Shown: positions 50,354 to 63,085 of the stretch, piece after piece | Position numbering within the stretch: the first letter of the stretch is position 1 | Layout of the letters: each line of letters opens with the position of its first letter | Origin: Enoplolaimus lenunculus | Taxonomy: Eukaryota | Direction of reading: 5' to 3' | NCBI GenBank assembly: GCA_030248215.1 | Contig: JASANG010001409.1 | Coordinates: 310,001 to 374,000, forward strand | DNA: 64,000 nucleotides | The notes under the pieces: generated by a model | Told to the model about the DNA's origin: nothing | The model's database searches: none | The model's input: only the letters and a program-made list of their open reading frames with translations | Program-made: the position numbers and the translations under genes

Positions 50354-50719
50354 CAATGTACAAGCGGCGGAAATCCGGTTCCGGTAGGGAAATGTGGTAT
50401 TTTTCACTATCCGGTTCCGGTAAAGATCCGGTATTTTTTCACCGGAATTTTCCGGTATTTTCGTATTGAAAATTGTTCTCTTTCGGAAATTTAAGCACAA
50501 TTTTCATTATTCTAAATTAGTTTTCTTAAATTGTCCGAGCGTGTATTGCCAAATTTGTACCATCTTACATAATTTATCATACGTTTTCAGCTACCACATT
50601 TTTTCAAGATTTTGGCGTTATAAAATAGTGTTAACAATAAATGTTTCGGTATCAATTTTTTCTTGTTTTCCGGTTCTGGCTACAGTTCCGGTATTTTTTA
50701 ACTTTCCGGTTGCACCCTG
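50354..50719 (-). mobile_element. Family G hAT-like element
   Basis: Ends CCGGTTGCACCCTG; TSD ACCGGCAG/ACAGGCAG. Confidence 0.8.
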
Positions 50720-51760
50720 ACAGGCAGGTAGTGAATATTACGTTTGCTGAAATAAATTCTATTGGGTTTTATGTTATGATACACTTGATTCAAAACCAGA
50801 ATAAAGTAACCTATTAGCCTAATAACAACCTGGTGTTTAAAATATTTGAAACTAAATATTTTTTCTGTTTATTAGTTGCAAGAATAAGAATGGGTAATGT
50901 TAGATAGGGCAATATATACTCTACATATTTGTGAAGAGGAGGGGCGGCATCAGAAATTTTTTTGTGTTAAAATGGTAAGGTCCCCCCTACTTTACCATTT
51001 TTCGGCCTCAGAAATTTTTTTTGTGATAGAATGATAAGGTTCCTACCGTACAATTTTTGCGTTCCATAACAATTGCCAGACCGGCCCCACCCGTGAGCAA
51101 TTTTTGGATCCGCCTCTGTTCGGTACACTGAAAGAGTAAAGCTGAAGCTTTAGATTATTTTGTTTGCTTGGCTTAGGCTTTAGTCATAGGCTTCGACTTA
51201 GGAATATGTTGTTCCGCAACTGTTCTTTACATTGGCCAGTGCGCCAAACGGCACTACTGTACGGCATGCAAATGACAAAAACATTTAATGCAACATAAAA
51301 ATATAATCTACACCAAGTTTATAGTTTTAAAATTTTTACGAACCATGGCTAAATTTTTCTCATGCTTCACAGTTTTCTGATGTAAAAGCTGACATTCTCT
51401 AGTACACCCATCCGCCTCATCACTGATAGGCTTTCGAGCAGGCCGTAGCCAGCAGACTTTGGAACGTGGGCTAAACATTTTTTATGCGAGGCATATAACG
51501 GTTTTTGACGATTTACAAGCAAGATTGAAAATATTCCAGGAAGCAAAATTCTTTCACGGGGTCTATGCCTAAGTGCCCCCAAACGCCTGACTACGGACCC
51601 GATTCCGAAAAAAATGCTGGCCGAGTGACAGTTCAGGCTATTATTTTTTCATTACAAGATTTTTGACTTGCTGCAAAACATACAAATCAATAGTCAAAAA
51701 ATGGTTAAAAAGTTGACATTTTATTCATTCAATTTTTGCAACAAAAATATTAAAAACTTT

Positions 51761-51963
51761 TGCCAATGTTACTTTTAGGGGCGTAACAGTAGATTAAGTG
51801 TATATCTAAGCCTAAGCCTAAGCGTTGCATGGACGTGTTCCCAAGCCTAATCCAAATCGTAAGCCTAATCCTAAGCCTAAGCAAAAAAATGTAATCTCGA
51901 ATCAAAATCTTCTCGTTTATAGACCCACCAGAAACCTGGACGCTCCTAAAAGTAACATGGACC
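51761..51963 (+). mobile_element. Family A2 MITE
   Basis: TSD AAAACTTT/AACACTTT. Confidence 0.85.
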
Positions 51964-52643
51964 AACACTTTGATTCACTATCTGACAGTGTCAACAAAGG
52001 TTATCTGCGTATTTCCTGTTCCGTCTGCTTATTTTACCTGTGTCATCCAAGCAAAACCGTTAATTGTTTTTGTTTAGCTTAGGTTCAAACCTAGAATCGA
52101 AACACGCCCACAACAAAATGTTTCATAGACTGACTTTAGTCAATATATCAATTTCTAAATAATTGCGTTCCAATAGAAATTTTGGACGGTCTGGAGTTAG
52201 CTTCGAAAAAACGACTAAAATATTAATTAACACAGCTTAAGCAATACCGCGAATCATGATTCGTTAAGCCACTGTCCCTACCTCATATCAACGAGCACCA
52301 ATTGCGAACATGGGTGTGGCCTCGTCCAGTGCCCCCGCCTTTGGGTGCGCCTTGGTTACCACTAAGGTACATCCCTAAAACCTGTGTGGTGTAAAATTAA
52401 TAATCCCTAATGGCACACGGGTTTTGCCGTTCGTTTATTTAGTTTAGATTATCCTGATTCTGTAGGCGGGTGTTTTGCATTGATCTGTAACGAGTCAAGA
52501 TTTCACGCTTACAATTTGGTCGTAGATATTTAGAAGCCGTATTAATTGTCGCTCGCAAGCCATAGGCAGAGACATGCGCGAGAATTTGTTTTACGAAAGC
52601 ATCGCATTATTTTGGAGCACTTAAGAATTCCTTTTTATATTTT

Positions 52644-52924
52644 TGGCCAATGTAAAGAACAGGGGCGGAACAGTATTATAAGCATAATCCTAAACCTATG
52701 CCTAGGCCTATGCCTAAGCCTAAGCGTAAGAATCAACATATTCCTAAGCCTAAGCCTAAGCCTAAGCCTAAGCCTAAGCGTAAGCCAAAGCGTAAGAATG
52801 GACATATTCTTAAGCGTAAGCGTAGGCTTAAGAATAAGCTAAGTAAAAAAATTAGTCTAAAGCTTAAGGTTACTCTATTCTAGTCCAACACAAAAACTAC
52901 CCGCCACTGATTTTTACATGGGCC
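52644..52924 (+). mobile_element. Family A1 MITE
   Basis: Consensus ends and hexamer blocks. Confidence 0.88.
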
Positions 52925-53039
52925 ACTTTTTTCAAGATATCCGATATATTGTTATTTTTGTTAAAATTATTAATGTTTGGTGCCTTAAAAGTAAAATTTT
53001 CTCTAAAATTAAAATTTCAGGCTGAAAGTGAAGCTTTCC

Positions 53040-53335
53040 CGCAAGCATTTGAATTTATTGACAAAATTATAATTTTCCTACCAAAATTTGAGTTTTGCGC
53101 CAAAATTTGAATTTTTTCGTCAAATTCAAATTTTTCCGTTTTATTGTCTGGACAAAACTTTGAATTTTGCCGTCGGTATTTGAAGTTTCCTTCAAAATAG
53201 AAATTTTTCCACAAAAATTTGAATTTGCGACAAAATTTTAATTTAGACACCAAAAAGTTAATTTTACCGCAAAAAACCTTCTAAAACATTAATTTTGTTG
53301 CCAGAATTTGAATTTTTCCGCTTAAATTTGAATAG
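53040..53335. repeat. Degenerate about 20-bp minisatellite CAAAATTTGAATTTT
   Basis: Recurring AAATTTGAATTTT..C motif. Confidence 0.7.
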
Positions 53336-53932
53336 ACAACAATATCGATGCCGAACAAACTTTTAATTCTTACTCGGCAAACTCCGACGATATCAACCGA
53401 TTGATCCCTAAATGTGCGCTTTCGTATACAAACATCGAAAATTTCCGATTTGCAACTATTATTGTCACTGCTTTCCAAGCTGAAAGACTGCAGCAAAGAC
53501 TGTACCAGACCTAAAAGCACATTAGCTAATAGTTTGGCTCAACTCTACGTACTCCGTTCAACTACCTGTGCTCGCCTCTCGAACTCCTAGATCTAACTTT
53601 TGAAACCACCCAAAAATTAGTGTCTGTCCGTACCACAACCATGAGTCACACACTTGGATCCCACTACGGCTCCAAAAATTTATAAAAAATGGCAATTTTA
53701 GACGCGACACACCAGAATTTAGCGTCGTTCGGGTTCTTTCAGAAATATTTCGAGCTTATCGGAGTCGCGGTCCCAGTGGTATCCCTACAAATTTGATGAA
53801 AACGATTTGCAGAAATACTTTGGCATCAGTTGAAGATGTTGCAATCACGTTGACAAATCAATGGGTGTCGTTATAGCATATATATAAATTAGCAAAAAAT
53901 AGAATCGTTTAAACTCGTATATTAGAGTTGAA

Positions 53933-54458
53933 CAGTGCAAAAATGGTTTGTCAAATTGACTCTCTCCGAAATAGGCTTTTCCTGACTACACATACTGAGT
54001 CAAAGTTCGACTCCGCCAGAGTCAAATTGAGTCGAGTTTGACTCTAGTGGAGGCGAATTTTGACGCAGTTTGTGTAGTCAGGAAAAGCCTAATTCGGAGA
54101 GAGTCAATTTGACAAACCATTTTTTGCAGTGAATAAGCAACAGTTAAAGATATTAATAGTCGAATTTAAAAGTGCTATTTGTAAAAATTCTTCTATACTT
54201 TGAAATGAAATTAAAGTTTGCAATATTCTGTGCGGGAATAATGTTGGTTTACCTGTGCAAACTGAAACGAACTACAGAATTCTACACTGCATAAAATGGT
54301 GAGTCAAATTGATTCTGTTCGAAATAGCCTGTACGGTACTACACAAACTGAGTCAAAATTTCATTCCGCCAGAGTCAAACGTACTACTCATTGAGTCGAA
54401 TTTAACTCAGTTTGTGTAGTCCCGTAGAGCCTATGTCGGACAGAGTCTTTTTACAGTG
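53933..54458. mobile_element. Two adjacent family B MITEs (53933-54131 and 54285-54458)
   Basis: Same TCAAATTGACTCTCTCCGAAATAGGCT / ACTACACAAACTGAGTC motifs as other B copies. Confidence 0.85.
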
Positions 54459-55183
54459 CATAGGGACCAATGAATTTCGGCTTAAATTATACTTTTTGAC
54501 AGCGTACGCCTAAACCTCAGCTTATTAGTTTTTCAAAGAAATAGTTGCTACTAGTCAGCCAGCTTTGCCCACAGCGCAAATGTTATCAAACAAACAGCAT
54601 TCTGCATGCAAATTTTGTTCTCACATCACAATCATTTTTTGTGTTGTAAGAAAATATTTTAAACAAAGTAATGCTGGATAGTTGCCCAAAATACGTATGT
54701 GTGGTATTCCAGCTTTAGCATATAGATATTGCCATGTATACTGAAAAAGATAACCAATATATTTGGGTAGGCAAATTAATTCTAAAATTTCACAGCAAAT
54801 AGGTTATTGTGTACAGTAGCAAATATGACTGGCAAAATTTGTGTTAAGAAACGCCTCGATAAACAAACCTTTTTGTTATAATTACTTCGTACGAACATTT
54901 TCATTAACCAATGAGGTTCAATCATACTTTCAGCCTGAGTACATACTTGATTCGTTCAAAATATACTTTAAAGATTGGCCTATGCTGCACTGAAACGTAG
55001 ATTAAATGCTTGAGTAACGAATCAAATTCTGTGCTGAACTTAATTTAATCCAGATTGTGATTACGCAAGCTAATTAATGTAATTGACGGTTGTGGACAAA
55101 TTAGTAATTTTGAACTCTGTCAATTTAGACTCATAATTGGAACCTCAAACTCGTATTACCCCCCTTATTTTTGGCATTCTCGC

Positions 55184-55349
55184 CAGGCCCGTAGCCAGCT
55201 CATCTTGCTAGGGGGGGGGGCTAAAAAATTTTCAGGAGGGGCATTGAAGGGTTTTGAATGACCTGCAAGCAAGGTTGAAAATTTTCTAGGGGGCCAAAAT
55301 GTTTCAAGGGGGGGCTCAACCCCCCCGGCCCCCCTTGCCTACGGGCCCG
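55184..55349 (+). mobile_element. Family F hAT-like MITE (CAGGCCCGTAGCC termini, 8-bp TSD)
   Basis: TSD ATTCTCGC/CTTCTCGC. Other copies about 1658-1804, 3304-3465, 6513-6662, 14631-14775, 17130-17292, 18152-18324, 26810-26965, 42050-42227, 51439-51601. Confidence 0.88.
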
Positions 55350-55793
55350 CTTCTCGCAGGCAATTTTAGACCGAAATATGCGTTTAATTCGCTATTGAAC
55401 CAGCGTGTGTCATTCACCAAAATAGTGAAAGCAAAATCAGTTTAAAATTTTAAAATCTATGGTGCTTTTCACTCGTTGTAACGGCGGAATTTTGAGGGAA
55501 ATTTAACCGCAAAGAAAAACGTAAAAAGACACCGACAGTTGCATCAAATTTGAACTTTTGTAAACAACGGAAAATTTGGTTAATTCCTAAAATAAACAAT
55601 ATTAAATCCGTTCGATTGTGACCACTTGTGATTGGCACCTTGGCCTTATTTGCGCCTGCGGGCTTGGCGTAGATTTTAAATGCTGAACATGATGGACCTA
55701 TGAACTATAATTTTTTTTACCGTTTGTGTGTTATTTTCTTTGACTTTAATAGCGAAACGGTCGCTCAGCCTTGTCTGTTTTTCTTAAAAGTTT

Positions 55794-55975
55794 GGCCAAT
55801 GCAAAAGAACAGGGGCGGAACTGTATTATAAGCATATTCCAAAGCCTAAGCCTAAGCGTAAGCGTATGCTTAAGCCTAAGCCAAGCAAAAAATTAGTCTA
55901 AAGCTTAAGTTTACTATCTAAACCTACTGTTTTGCAGACCAACCAGAAACCTGGACGTCGCTATAAGTAACAGGC
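55794..55975 (+). mobile_element. Chimeric A1-left / A2-right MITE
   Basis: A1 start, then A2-type CTAAACCTAC...CCAGAAACCTGGACG...AAGTAACA end. Confidence 0.75.
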
Positions 55976-56242
55976 TAAATATTAAATAAAAATTTCTAAA
56001 TTTAAGATTATTATATACGTTAATATTTTTGGAGTTGGGCACACGCTTTTGTTTAAGACAAAGTACCTAAAATAAGATATTTTCAGAAGATAGGCTAAGC
56101 GTTAGCCTTAGCGTAGTTTGATTATGATATGTTATCCATGAACATTTGACTGTGGCGATGAAATAAATCAAAGTATCGAATTAATAATTTATGAGGTATT
56201 CTTATAAGCCAAGCCAAACAGTTTGTAAAATATTACAAAGTT

Positions 56243-56582
56243 GGCCAATCTTAATTTTAGGGCCGTAACAGTAGATTAAGCGTATATATTGTTAAGCCTA
56301 AGCCTAAGCGTTGCAAAAGTGTATTCTTAAGCCTAAGCCTAAACGTTGCAAAAGTGTATTCTTAAGCCTAAGCCTAAGCGTTGCAAACAGAATTCCTAAG
56401 CCTAAGCCTAAGCCTAAGCGTTGCAAAGCATATTCCTAAGCCTAAGCCTAAGCGTTGCAAATGCGTATTCCAAAGCCTTAGCGTAAGCCTAAAACAACGC
56501 CAAAAAAATGTAGTCTAGAATGTAAGCCTACTTTTGTACACACCAACCACAAACCGCGAGGACCCTAAGAGTAACATGGGCC
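56243..56582 (+). mobile_element. Family A2 MITE with 5 internal units
   Basis: TSD ACAAAGTT/AAAAAGTT. Confidence 0.88.
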
Positions 56583-56881
56583 AAAAAGTTTGACGTCAAA
56601 AGATTTGAGTCATTTTGAAATTTGTTTTATATTTTCCCACAGTTTGGACTTCGTGTAATCCTTTTAGTAGCAAAGTTGAACGCTTGTACGAACCTTTTCT
56701 CGAGTGATCGAAGAAGCAAGTTTGAATAAAGGTTCATAATTTATGTATCGTTGAATGGTGAGTTGAATCTAATTTGTTCAAGTTTTTTAATTCGGTATTT
56801 GTGAATGGTTCGCTCCGCAAGAATAATAACGTCCTAATGGATCAGTTCTGGTACACGTTCGTAGTATTTGAAGGTAACTCT

Positions 56882-57044
56882 TAGGCCCGTAGGGAACTCA
56901 CCTTGCTGGGGGTGGCTAAAAATTTTTCAGGAGGGGCATTCAACGGTTTTTAATGACTTGTAATCAAGGCTGAGAATTTTCAAAGAGGGGCGAAATTTTT
57001 CCAGGGGGCTCACCCCCCACTGCCCCCTTTTGATTACGGGTTCG
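56882..57044 (+). mobile_element. Family F hAT-like MITE
   Basis: TSD GTAACTCT/GTAACGCT. Confidence 0.85.
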
Positions 57045-58365
57045 GTAACGCTTAGAAAACGGTTTAGGTAAAACTTAAGAAACGTTAGGCTTACGCAAGC
57101 TTTTTTCTAGAAAGTAAGCATCTTTGCATTCGCAGGTTTGATTTTTGCTTAAATTCTGCAAATATAAAATAATCTTTGAATCGGTTTTTTTAAATTGTTT
57201 ATAGTATTTTCTGCTTATAGGGACGGTAAAAAATATATTGTCGGCATTGGACGACAAAATTAATATTTGAATTCTATTAGGTTCAAAAGTGCAGGATTTT
57301 CTTTATATAAATTGGTGTGTATGTGCCTGATTTTTCGGTCTTCTAATATATATATATATATGTATATATATAAATATATATATATATAAATTTTATTGCT
57401 AGCGGTAACCCTAGCACAAGTTTTAGTCCATAACCCGAACGAATGTTTTCAATTTTAATCTGAGGTCTAATTTGTAAGCTTGGATTCCAAGTCCAGACTT
57501 TGGTATGGAAGGTTTTCAATTTACCCGTATACTGTTTTACGATGTGCGCTGAGTCACTTGAAGTATTGTCTGTCTGCGTCTGAAGGGTCGCTTACTCAGT
57601 TTGCGCTGAGCTTGTGATAGTATACTCAGCGAGCAACAATGGTAGATTTAAAAACAGTATCATTTTTACAAGGAAATTCATAATCCATCAGCGTCCTTAC
57701 TTGTACAGCTTGGTATAATCTGTAATTTAAATACAGCCGAAAATAGATACGCAAAATCTAAAGATATTAGAAAAATGTACATTATTCTTTTTTAAAAATT
57801 GTTTTAAAAATATATATACAACTTATCCGCTAGTAATGGTACAACGCTTGTTTTATCCCCGATCTTGTACCTTAAAATATATGGCTTTATCTGTCCAATG
57901 ACGAAATGCACAGCCTTAAAAACCTTTGTCTAAATAACTATTTGCCAAATATTATATGTCCCGTCGCATGGGTTTATTAGAAACGGTAATAGCGTTGTGA
58001 GTTTTTGGCTGGTTCAGAAAAGCCTATTTTTAACAAATATTAACAGACCTAATCGGTCATCACGCCAGTTACATTTAACCAAATGGCGTGGTCATCCCTA
58101 AAACAATATTTTGACTCTGTGGTTCTTTTGATTTCGCTTCGAAAGCGTAGGTTTAAGAAGCTTTGTACGCAATTATAATTTAGCTAAGTAATTTATAGTC
58201 TTTATCCTAAGGTCAAATGTTGGCTTATTAATAAAGCAAAGCGTAAAGTTTTACTCAGTGATCAGTTGTTATCGTGTGTTTCCCGATTTAGTTGTTGCGG
58301 TATGTTTTTAGCGAAATATAGTTTTGCAGCAGAGGTCGTGGTTAGATGGTTGTTCGTTAGCTTAA

Positions 58366-58632
58366 CGCTTTCTCACATGAATATTTTCTATTTTCAATGA
58401 GACCTACTTTTATGCTAGGATTCGAACTCCAGTGACTGGAGTGGGAGGCGTATACCATCACCACTCAGCCATAGGAGCTTGACGCTCGAGCGAGCCCGAG
58501 AGGGCTCTCACGTCTTGTGGTGATTTAGTACTATGTATACGTGTTGCAATTGTTAAACACTGTGCGATATATATTAATTAACGTATATACACTGCGCTGA
58601 GTTGCCTATAGGCAACTCAACGTGAGAAGGGG
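58366..58632 (+). mobile_element. Family E piggyBac-like MITE
   Basis: TTAA on both sides; very close to the reverse complement of 5928-6150. Confidence 0.88.
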
Positions 58633-58992
58633 TTAATAGTAAAGGCGAGCATCTGTTAGATAACTTTAATATTGGTTTTTTGGTTGAAAATTATTAACAT
58701 GTTTAGATATTTGGACAAGACCCAAAATCCCAAAAACTATTTCTATTTAGGTTAATTGATACCTAAAATTATAAAGTTATCAATCTAAGGGTAACTTTAA
58801 ACTTGATTATCGCCAATGTTACTTTAAGAAACGTCTCGGTTTTCTGCACGACTGCAATAGAGTAGGTTCTGTCAGAATTTGGCTGATTTTTTATTATGCT
58901 TTGAACATTTGAATCTCTTGGTCGTTTTTGCATGTGGTACTGTTTTTTGAGTGTATATTTATCAAAAATTAAAAGTTCCGATTTACTACGCT

Positions 58993-59365
58993 CAGTGGCG
59001 GATCCACGGGGGGCACCCCGGCCGTGGGCCCCCCAACAGCAACTCGACATAAATTATATAGTGTCAATTGCTGTTCTACGCTGTTTATTTCGCTGTTTTA
59101 TACACAATAGTATAAGCACGCTTTAAAGTTTCTTGTCCCTGGAGTCATTTATGCGCTACAATTAGGGATAATAGACATTTATGGACTCTAAACAAGGGTT
59201 TAAGGACTCTACCCGCTTAAGGATTCTTATTAGGGATACGGACTTCATATTAATTGGGACTCAAAATGGGGACCCCCCTTATTTGGGTCACTACAGTATG
59301 GGTTAAAAAAAGTTTATTACCTGTGAAATTTTTTCCCCCATTTTGAGATCCTGGATCCGCCACTG
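58993..59365. mobile_element. hAT-like MITE (CAGTGGCGGATCC TIR) containing a family D fragment
   Basis: Perfect TIR and perfect 8-bp TSD ACTACGCT. Confidence 0.85.
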
Positions 59366-59511
59366 ACTACGCTACTGCTACAGAGTAACTTTAGACATCG
59401 GGCTGATTTTTCAATTACCGTTCGAAAATTTGCAATCCTTTTTAATTTTATACAACATACCTCACTTTTTGTGTGTATTTTTTTGAAAATTGCTTGCAAA
59501 AAACCATTATT

Positions 59512-59674
59512 GGCCAATGTTACTTTAAGGGGCGTAACAGTAGACTAAGCATATTCCTAAGCCTAAGCCTCAGCCTAAGCCTAAGTCTCAGCAAAAAAAT
59601 GTAATCTAGAATCTAAACCTAGTCTTTTATAAACCCACCCGAAACCTGGACGCTCTTTAAAGTAAACATGGGCG
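59512..59674 (+). mobile_element. Family A2 MITE (short)
   Basis: GGCCAATGTTACTTTAAGGGGCG...TTTAAAGTAAACATGGGC. Confidence 0.85.
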
Positions 59675-61320
59675 AATTTTTTCATGGAATACTGAAAAAA
59701 TCTTGACCAGGCATAAGCCAAAATTTTTATCGGCACACGACGCCCACATGTTAGACAGTTTAGCTTGAGTAGCACCAAAAGTTGAAAAAACTCAACCAGA
59801 AAGCTGTATCAATCTTAACCCAAAACAGTTTAGGATAGAATTTAAACGGGGACTGGTCGCTCTGACTACTCGTTTACTCATCTGAAATTTTACCGCCCAA
59901 GCCATTATGATATCATTTTGTGTACCGCCATTATGATGTCATTCACTCGTTTACATTCGCTTCTTAACATCTTCTTACATGGAGTTGACTATAACCAACT
60001 CAGACAATATGTCAAAATGCTATAATTGTAAAGGAATGACTGTCCCTGTCATCTTGCTCTTTTTTGAATACAATTTCTCTGGCCCGGTTACTGCTGAAAA
60101 TAGCGCATCAGGACATAATGTGTGCAGCGAAGACAGGAGTTTCAGCATCGCAAGCTTGCGATCATGCATTTTACTGAACTCAAGGCACCTGTAATTGTAA
60201 TTGAATTCGGTTGATTTTTCGGTACCACAGTTTTTGTACCTGAGTTCCTAAAATCTGCTCTCGATTTGCCGGCCTGGGGCTGGTCAAACACACACATCTG
60301 TGTGTTTCTTCCTGGTTTTTTCTTTTGTTGGTTTTCTGCTTTCTGGTCTTTCATTTATAAGTAGCTCCTTTGCAGATTTAGCGGGACAGTGTAACCTTTG
60401 GGTACTAATAAATGAATAAAAGGTTAGACTGCAGCGGCACAAATGTGCTTTAAATACCAAATGCACGCCTGCAAATCGTTTCCGACACAAAACCGCTTAA
60501 AACCAGATTCAAAATTCAAATTTCAAATTCTAGATCATATGATATTCAACAGAACAATTTGGGTATGTTACCTCAAGTATGCAGACATTTGAAAATATAT
60601 AATATGATATTCGCAAACAATACCTCGAATATCATATGATATGGAAGAACAAAAGATGAGACACACAAGTAAACAGCAGACAAATACGAATTTTTGAATG
60701 CGATGACCGACAAATTTTTCGATCATAAGTGAAAAGTTGCCGAGGGTAGGCGGCGCCAGAACTTTTAGACGGATAATAATGTACAATGCGCTGTTTGCAA
60801 CTAATACCACGCATTTCGCAGTACAAAATGTTCACAAGACGTGAAATCACCACGAGCAAAAACATCAAGCTGCTATAGCCGACTGGTGATGATAAACGCG
60901 GCCCAATCAAGCATTTTGGTTCAAACCCAAGCTTTAAAATTTTATTCAGATGAAATTGAATATATTCATGTGAGAAAGTGTTAAACTGATTGTTTGTAAA
61001 TTTAACCGTTTGAAGTGGAAACTTGGCATTCCACTGGTCAATTTTTGTACATTTCGAGTATTTGTGGTTTCGTGAGCTCTTGTTTGTTTTAGCGTCCGTG
61101 TTTTGAAATGTTTGTTGCACTTTATTATTAGTTGGTGATCGGTCTTGTAACTCTTGAATCAGCAACTGATGAGCTCACAGCACATTTCTCGCATTCAATT
61201 GTGCTATACGCATTTGAGAACGTTAGCTCAAAGGGAATCGTGGCTGTCTTAAATCATAATTTTTGTGCCTAGAAAACTTTCCATAAATTCAACTTAAACG
61301 AACTAAGCATCATACTTTCG

Positions 61321-61525
61321 GCTCATGTTACTGTAAAGGGCGTCCAGGTTTCTAGTTGGTCCATAAAAGAGCAGGTTTAGATTGTAGATTACATTTTTTT
61401 GCTTAGGCTTAGGCTTAGGCTTAGGAACACCACATTTTGGCAACGCTTAGGCGTAGGCTTAGGCTTAGGCTTAGGCTTAGGAATACGCTTAATATACTGT
61501 TACACCCCTTAAAGTAACATTGGCC
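61321..61525 (-). mobile_element. Family A2 MITE
   Basis: A2 ends; partial TSD ATACTTTC/ACACTTGC. Confidence 0.88.
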
Positions 61526-61827
61526 ACACTTGCCATAAGCTTCTAAATACGCCATAATACAGATTATAGCAGATTTGAAGCTTTGAAAATAAAATTTCAC
61601 AACCGAAACCAAACTGTCGCTGTGAAAATATGAAAATGCGTGATTTTGAAAGCGAAATTCGTTTGAAATTAATATTTTAGTCGGTTCAACACCCTGAAGC
61701 TACGAACGAAACGGTTGGCGAAAATACTAAACGTAAAACTATACGGAATTAATTCCACGCTTTGTGCAAAGTTCCGCAATCGAATATCCTGTGCTTACAG
61801 CCGGATATAAATTTTAATCAAGTTGCT

Positions 61828-62900
61828 GGCTCATGTAAAGATGAGGGCCGGAACGCTTTCTGTTGGTCTGCAATAGAGTCAAGCTTATGCTTTAGACGAA
61901 TTTGTTTTGCTTAGGCTTAGGCTTAGGAACACACTTTTGTAACGCTTAGGCTTAGGCTTAGGAACACACATTTGTAACGCTTAGGCTTAGGCTTAGGCTT
62001 AGGAACACACTTTTGTAACGCTTAGGTTTAGGCTTAGGCTTAGGAACATACTTTTGTAACGCTTAGGTTTAGGCTTAGGCTTAGGAACACACTTTTGTAA
62101 CGCTTAGGTTTAGGCTTAGGCTTAGGAACACACTTTTGTAACGATTAGGCTTAGGCTTAGGAAAACATCTTTTGTAACGCTTAGGTTTAGGCTTAGGCTT
62201 AGGAAAACACTTTTGTTACGCTTAGGTTTAGGCTTAGGCTTAGGAACACACTTTTGTAACGCTTAGGTTTAGGCTTAGGCTTAGGAACACACTTTTGTAA
62301 CGCTTAGGCTTAGGCTTAGGAACACACTTTTGTAACGCTTAGGTTTAGGCTTAGGCTTAGGAACACACTTTTGTAACGCTTAGGTTTAGGCTTAGGCTTA
62401 GGAACACACTTTTGTAACGCTTAACCAGACCTTAGGCTTAGGAACACACTTTTGTAACGCTTAGGCTTAGGCTTAGGCTTAGGAACACACTTTTGTAACG
62501 ATTTAACCATGACTTTAGGCTTAGGAACTACACTTTTGTAACGTTAGGCTTACGCTAAGACTAGGAAACATTCTAATTTAGTTGGTCCGTACAACCATTT
62601 AGGCTTAGGCTTAGGAACACACTTTTGTAACGCTTAGGCTTAGGCTTAGGCTTAGGAACACACTTTTGTAACGCATAGGCTTAGGCTTAGGCTTAGGAAC
62701 ACACTTTTGTAACGCTTAGGCTTAGGCTTAGGCTTAGGAACACACTTTTGTAACGCTTAGGCTTAGGCTTAGGAACACACTTTTGTAACGCTTAGGTTTA
62801 GGCGTAGGCTTAGAAATATGCACATTCTTACGCTTAGGCTTAGGCTTAGGCTAAGGAATATGCTTGTATTACTGTTCCGCCACTGTTTTTTACATTGGCC
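61828..62900 (-). mobile_element. Family A1-ended MITE expanded by a 0.9-kb array of A2-type 35-41-bp units
   Basis: About 20 copies of TTAGGAACACACTTTTGTAACGC(TTAGGY)2-3 between A1 ends. Confidence 0.88.
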
Positions 62901-62914
62901 AACAATTCTAAGTT

Positions 62915-63085
62915 ATATGTGCAGTGCAAGGTCTCTACAAGACGTGTGAGCCCCCTCACACTCGAGCGTCAAGCTCCTATAGCTGAGTGGTCATCGTAAA
63001 CGCCTCCCACACGAGAGACTGGGGATCGAATACTGTCTTGAAATTTCGTCTTATATGAAATTGAAAATATTCATGTGAGAAAGGG
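62915..63085 (-). mobile_element. Family E MITE, partial (also about 46260-46442, 60810-60980)
   Basis: Ends ATATTCATGTGAGAAAGGG-TTAA; tRNA-like core 62973-63035. Confidence 0.82.

Noticed and set aside
59979..60194. Possible exons in unique sequence (also about 9986-10130, 13620-13758, 30770-30890, 63660-63890)
   Set aside because: Short open frames with stops before plausible donors and no recognisable homology; unsupported without RNA data.
60632..61165. 177-aa ORF
   Set aside because: Runs through family E and J fragments; non-ATG start; no protein-like features.
61910..62800. True telomere or chromosome end; CRISPR-like repeat-spacer array
   Set aside because: The array is enclosed by MITE ends with ordinary sequence on both sides, and the spacers are identical.
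62973..63035. Functional tRNA gene (also 3625, 5717, 6038, 46311)
   Set aside because: Acceptor stems cannot be paired, and copies are diverged and embedded in repeats.
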